Positions 37,541 to 41,452 of a stretch of 41,452 bases of DNA are shown here, piece by piece. The DNA comes from Oligoflexia bacterium. Lineage in GTDB: Bacteria; Bdellovibrionota; Bdellovibrionia; JABDDW01. The notes under the pieces are model-generated. The model saw only the letters and a program-made list of their open reading frames with translations. It did no database searches and was not told where the DNA came from. The stretch lies in contig JAYTHU010000033.1 of assembly GCA_043732305.1 (NCBI GenBank), positions 1 through 41,452 on the forward strand. Reading direction: 5' to 3'. The translations under genes were made by a program, and so were the position numbers. The number at the start of each line of letters is the position of its first letter. The first letter of the stretch is position 1.

Positions 37541-38446
37541 ATGAATAAAATAGTACTTACCATCGGAAATTTCGACGGCGTCCACCGTGGACACCAGCTT
37601 CTTATCTCTCGCGTGTTGGCCCAGAAGGCCCTCGTTAAGACCGAAAAGCTTACTGCGACGCTTATGACATTTGATCCTCATCCTTCGCAAATACTGATTC
37701 CCGGAAAAAACTTCCGAAGTATTTTAAGTTTGGAGGATCGCGTGGCCACCATCAAAAAATTTGGAATTGAAAATGTGATAGTGGTCCCTTTTAGTCGTGA
37801 TTTGAGCGAACTTTCTCCTGAAGAATTTTTTAAGAAAATAATTATAGGGCAGTTCAAGACCGTCGCTTTAGTTGTCGGTTACGATTTTAGCTTTGGAAAA
37901 AATCGATCAGGCACGAAGGAGATTTTATCTAAACTTTGCAAAGAAAATGGTGTGATTCTTGAGGTGGTCGAGCCTCTTAAAATAAATGGCGAAGTAATAT
38001 CATCTTCAAAAATACGTGATGCACTCCGAGATGGAGATGTTGAGAAAGCCGCGCTATTTTTAGGCCGGACATACGAGATAACCGGAATGGTTGAAAAAGG
38101 CTTGGGCAGAGGAAGAACTATCGGATTTCCAACAGCAAATCTATTTACTCAAGCGGAAACAATCCCTAAAAAAGGCGTGTATGTGACGCTTGCAGAATCC
38201 GGTGGAAAGACTTGGCAGAGTGTCACCAATATTGGAGACAATCCTACATTTAAAGATCAATACAAGACCTCAACCAAAATCGAAACCTACATTCTTGATT
38301 TCGAAAATGATATCTATGGTGAAAAAATAAAGGTACATTTTGTGAGAAGACTTAGAGATGAAAAGAAGTTTTCTTCGGTTCAAGAACTCATTGCTCAAAT
38401 TGCACAGGATGTTGCAGAGGCACGAAATGACGGAAAAAAAGATTGA
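37541..38446 (+). CDS. ribF: Bifunctional riboflavin kinase / FAD synthetase
   Basis: IGNFDGVHRGH, TFDPHP, GRTIGFPTAN, LRDEKKF. Confidence 0.96.
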   Translation: MNKIVLTIGNFDGVHRGHQLLISRVLAQKALVKTEKLTATLMTFDPHPSQILIPGKNFRSILSLEDRVATIKKFGIENVIVVPFSRDLSELSPEEFFKKIIIGQFKTVALVVGYDFSFGKNRSGTKEILSKLCKENGVILEVVEPLKINGEVISSSKIRDALRDGDVEKAALFLGRTYEITGMVEKGLGRGRTIGFPTANLFTQAETIPKKGVYVTLAESGGKTWQSVTNIGDNPTFKDQYKTSTKIETYILDFENDIYGEKIKVHFVRRLRDEKKFSSVQELIAQIAQDVAEARNDGKKD

Positions 38447-39371
38447 ACTTGTTGAAATCTCTCATTCTCCTTGGGAAAACCGTTGGACTGAGCTGCAGAA
38501 ATATCTTAAGGAAAAAAATGTCACTTTAAACTGCCGTACGTTAAAAATCGAAAACGGAAACTTCAAAGAACTCTTCTCTCCTTTCGTGAAATTGCCTAAT
38601 CCAAAAATGCCTGTGAATCCTCCTATTGAGTTACCTGATATTCTTATTATTGATCCTAATTACGGCGTAGAGGCCCTTGAAATATCACCATTAGAGGTGG
38701 CTGCGGCCAGCCAAGTTGGCGCCGGCATTCTGTTTTTGAAAAGTCACGGGAAGCTTTGGCCACGCATTCTGTTGGAAGATTCGATGACTCGCAGTCTCAC
38801 TCGTCATTTCAAAAGCATCGATATTTTTTCTCCAGCTTTGATTGCTGGTATAGATGCTTACACGAATTTTACAGTTTCTGCTCTTTGCAAAATGGGGTTT
38901 ACAAAAATTTACGTCACGGATTCAAAAACCGAAAAGGGAAAAGCTTTCACTGACGCGCTAACAAAAAAGTATTTCAATATTCATTTGGAATTTGTTCCTT
39001 CAGAAAAAATAACTACTCTACCCGGAATATTTTCTTTCCTGGTTTGTGCCACCGAACTTTCGTACGAAGATAAACTTTTAGACGAGATCTACTTTTTTAA
39101 TTTTCTAAAAGCGGGAGGCAGCGTTGTCGATTGGACTCTCGTTCCACTTGAAACTCCAGTCCTAAGTCAGGCTAAAGAGTGGGGCGCTCGATGTTTGTCG
39201 GGGGTAAAAATAATCGCAGAGTATGACACTCAAATAATTAACAATGTTTTGGGACAAATTTCTGGACTAGTCTTAAGTGCCGACGAATATACTTCGCGGT
39301 TAGAAACACAAATTTCACAAATTCCGTTCGATCCCGCCCCCTTCCTTAAGCGATTTCTGGATAGGTTCTAA
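38427..39371 (+). CDS. Divergent shikimate-dehydrogenase-like protein
   Basis: Rossmann-like pattern ALIAG…GFTKIYV…LVCAT…VVDWTLVPLETPVLSQAKEWGARCLSG resembles the AroE C-terminal half; position immediately before pilB. Confidence 0.6.
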   Translation: MTEKKIELVEISHSPWENRWTELQKYLKEKNVTLNCRTLKIENGNFKELFSPFVKLPNPKMPVNPPIELPDILIIDPNYGVEALEISPLEVAAASQVGAGILFLKSHGKLWPRILLEDSMTRSLTRHFKSIDIFSPALIAGIDAYTNFTVSALCKMGFTKIYVTDSKTEKGKAFTDALTKKYFNIHLEFVPSEKITTLPGIFSFLVCATELSYEDKLLDEIYFFNFLKAGGSVVDWTLVPLETPVLSQAKEWGARCLSGVKIIAEYDTQIINNVLGQISGLVLSADEYTSRLETQISQIPFDPAPFLKRFLDRF

Positions 39372-39382
39372 GAGCTTAAATA

Positions 39383-39398
39383 TGGTAACCTGAGTGCT
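39383..39398 (+). promoter_or_regulatory. Sigma54 promoter candidate for pilB
   Basis: TGGTAACCTGAGTGCT, GG-N10-GC, 35 bp upstream of pilB; weaker match. Confidence 0.35.
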
Positions 39399-39432
39399 GA
39401 GGTAAATCGTTTTAAGCCGGGGGAAGGAATCT

Positions 39433-41181
39433 ATGGCTGTAAAAGGACTTGGGGAATTGCTTGTTCGTGAGCAACTCATTAATATTGATCAATTAGAAGC
39501 AGCTAAGTTTGAACAGAAAAAAGGCGGAGGAAAACTCGGCTCATCACTTGTTCGACTTGGTTATATGTCTGAAAATCAACTCACCGATTTCATGTCCAAA
39601 CAATATCAAATTCCATCGATAGAACTCTCATCATTCGAAATAGACAAAGCTGTTTTGGAAGGTGTCCCTCGAGAAATTTGCGAAAAACATATGGTCATTC
39701 CCATTAGTCGTTCAGGAAACAATATCGTTATCGCAATGAGTGATCCCACAAATCTTTTTGCTCGAGATGACATTCAGTTTCTCACTCGATGCAAGGTCGA
39801 GGCAGTCGTTTCAAGCGAAACGATGATCAAGCAAGCCATAGAAAAGTACTATGAAGCTAAAGTCACTTACCAAACCATCATGACCGAGATGGAAAAAGGT
39901 GATGATGACATGACTGGCGCGACCAACACGAGTGTTTCAGAAAGCACTTTTGTAGATGTGGAAAGAGCACGCGACGATGCGCCAGTAGTAAAATTCGTGA
40001 ATCTTATTTTGACCGAAGCGATAAAACTCCGCGCAAGTGATATTCACATCGAGCCTTACGAGAAACGTTTTAGAATTCGGTATCGTGTCGATGGAACTCT
40101 TTTTGAAAAAATCCAGCCGCCTCCTGGAATTGCAAATGCAATTGTGAGTCGACTGAAAATTATGAGCAAATTGGATATTTCAGAGCGCCGGCGCCCGCAG
40201 GATGGACGTCTTAAGATTCGCAACAAGGACAACAAAGAGATCGACTTTCGAGTGAGTATTCTTCCTACTCTTTTCGGCGAGAAAATTGTCATGCGTCTTT
40301 TGGACAAGGATAATCTCAAACTGGATATGACTAAGCTTGGTTTGGAGCAAGGTGAGCTAAATAAATTTCGTGAAGCCATCAATGCTCCCTACGGGATGAT
40401 CTTGATTTGCGGACCTACAGGTTCGGGAAAATCCACAACAATATATTCTGCTCTCGCCGAACTCAATCAACCTGACATCAATATTTCTACTGCAGAGGAT
40501 CCTGTCGAATATAATTTGGAAGGTATCAATCAAGTTCAAATGAATAACGAAGTGGATTTAAATTTCTCCAGTGCCCTAAGAAGTTTTTTGCGCCAAGACC
40601 CTGATGTAATAATGGTCGGGGAGATTCGAGATTTTGAAACCGCAGAAATTGCATTCAAAGCAGCGCTCACTGGCCACATGGTTGTCAGCACCCTTCACAC
40701 CAATGACGCTCCCAGTACAATTCATCGTCTACTCAACATGGGTATTGAGCCTTTCTTAGTGACGGCCGGAGTGAATTTAATTGTTGCACAAAGATTGGTT
40801 CGAAAAATTTGTGAAAAATGTAAAGACGTTGTTCAAGTTGCACCGGAAGCCTTGCTTGATATGGGAATTCCCCAAAGAGAAATCGGAACATTCAGTGTTT
40901 ATCATGGTCAAGGTTGCACCGTTTGTAACGGGATTGGTTATAAGGGGCGAATCGCTATCTATGAAATTATGAAGATGACCGAAGGGGTCAAACGGTTGAT
41001 TTTAGCTGGGTCTTCCACATCAGATATCAAGAAGCGAGCCATCGCAGATGGAATGATCTCGCTGAGACAAAGTGCTATCAACAAATTGAAATTAGGATTG
41101 ATCAGTATGGCGGAAGTCTTAGACAGCTCCGCTCGGGACAATGTCATCGATGAAGAATTACCTAAGAAAGTGGTTGGATGA
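39433..41181 (+). CDS. pilB: Type IV-A pilus assembly ATPase
   Basis: MshEN-like N-terminus (LGELLV…LG..LV), ASDIHIEP, GPTGSGKST, LRQDPD, CEKC…CTVC. Confidence 0.96.
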   Translation: MAVKGLGELLVREQLINIDQLEAAKFEQKKGGGKLGSSLVRLGYMSENQLTDFMSKQYQIPSIELSSFEIDKAVLEGVPREICEKHMVIPISRSGNNIVIAMSDPTNLFARDDIQFLTRCKVEAVVSSETMIKQAIEKYYEAKVTYQTIMTEMEKGDDDMTGATNTSVSESTFVDVERARDDAPVVKFVNLILTEAIKLRASDIHIEPYEKRFRIRYRVDGTLFEKIQPPPGIANAIVSRLKIMSKLDISERRRPQDGRLKIRNKDNKEIDFRVSILPTLFGEKIVMRLLDKDNLKLDMTKLGLEQGELNKFREAINAPYGMILICGPTGSGKSTTIYSALAELNQPDINISTAEDPVEYNLEGINQVQMNNEVDLNFSSALRSFLRQDPDVIMVGEIRDFETAEIAFKAALTGHMVVSTLHTNDAPSTIHRLLNMGIEPFLVTAGVNLIVAQRLVRKICEKCKDVVQVAPEALLDMGIPQREIGTFSVYHGQGCTVCNGIGYKGRIAIYEIMKMTEGVKRLILAGSSTSDIKKRAIADGMISLRQSAINKLKLGLISMAEVLDSSARDNVIDEELPKKVVG

Positions 41182-41352
41182 TTAACTTATCAGAATTACT
41201 TCAAGTCATGAAAGAGCAGGGCGCTAGCGACTTGCACATCACCGCCCATTCGCCACCGGTATTGCGTGTTAATGGAACCCTGGTTAAAACTGACAAAATG
41301 GAACTTTCGGCAGCAGACACTAAAGCTATTTGCTACAGCGTGATCAATGATC
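41178..41352 (+). CDS. pilT: PilT twitching-motility ATPase, N-terminal fragment
   Basis: ATGA overlap with pilB; MINLSELLQVMKEQGASDLHITAHSPPVLRVNG…ICYSVIND; similarity lost after ~41352. Confidence 0.88.
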
Positions 41353-41452
41353 GACCTGCGCCGTCTCATCCCAGCGAACGTGCATTCGCCCGCCCATCGT
41401 GTCCACCACCATGGCGTCTTCGCTGGCTTGCGCCAACACGGCTTTCTTCTGC
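41353..41452 (-). mobile_element. High-GC fragment resembling a transposase N-terminus (IS1380-like); probably chimeric
   Basis: Minus strand QKKAVLAQASEDAMVVDTMGGRMHVRWDETAQ; abrupt GC increase; family recalled from memory. Confidence 0.5.

Noticed and set aside
1..41452. tRNA, rRNA, tmRNA, SRP RNA or CRISPR arrays; the many short antisense ORFs in the track
   Set aside because: No diagnostic RNA motifs or regularly spaced repeats seen by eye; the short ORFs are shadows of well-supported genes

Overview
41.5 kb of a roughly 42% GC (by eye) bacterial chromosome, most likely a Bdellovibrionota (predatory-type) genome. The placement is inferred from an FQNC-type lipoprotein, a TIGR02147 regulator, many Sec-secreted hypotheticals and deltaproteobacteria-like gene order. 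Housekeeping genes: mltD, mrp, glyQS, ppdK, smc, ftsY, Na/Pi cotransporter, zapA, 5-FTHF cyclo-ligase, rny, tyrS, ferredoxin, fabH, a CHASE2 kinase with a sigma54 response regulator, ribF, an aroE-like gene, pilB and the start of pilT. Best candidate for an undescribed system: a sigma54-preceded three-gene secreted-hydrolase cassette (19.8-24.3 kb). It encodes a PDZ-less S41 protease, a signal-peptide-bearing HAD phosphatase and a signal-peptide-bearing homologue of the phage T5 A1 host-DNA-degradation metallophosphoesterase; the last two each carry a single terminal Cys in a C-[LV]-N-x-L motif. Other points: a ~190-nt rod-shaped RNA candidate with its own promoter and terminator (possibly a displaced 6S RNA); one intact and one internally deleted copy of an HNH endonuclease element with palindromes; a minimal eutBCL locus with one shell protein; and a probable chimeric junction in the last 100 bp. 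All family assignments are by motif recognition; no searches or folding were run.
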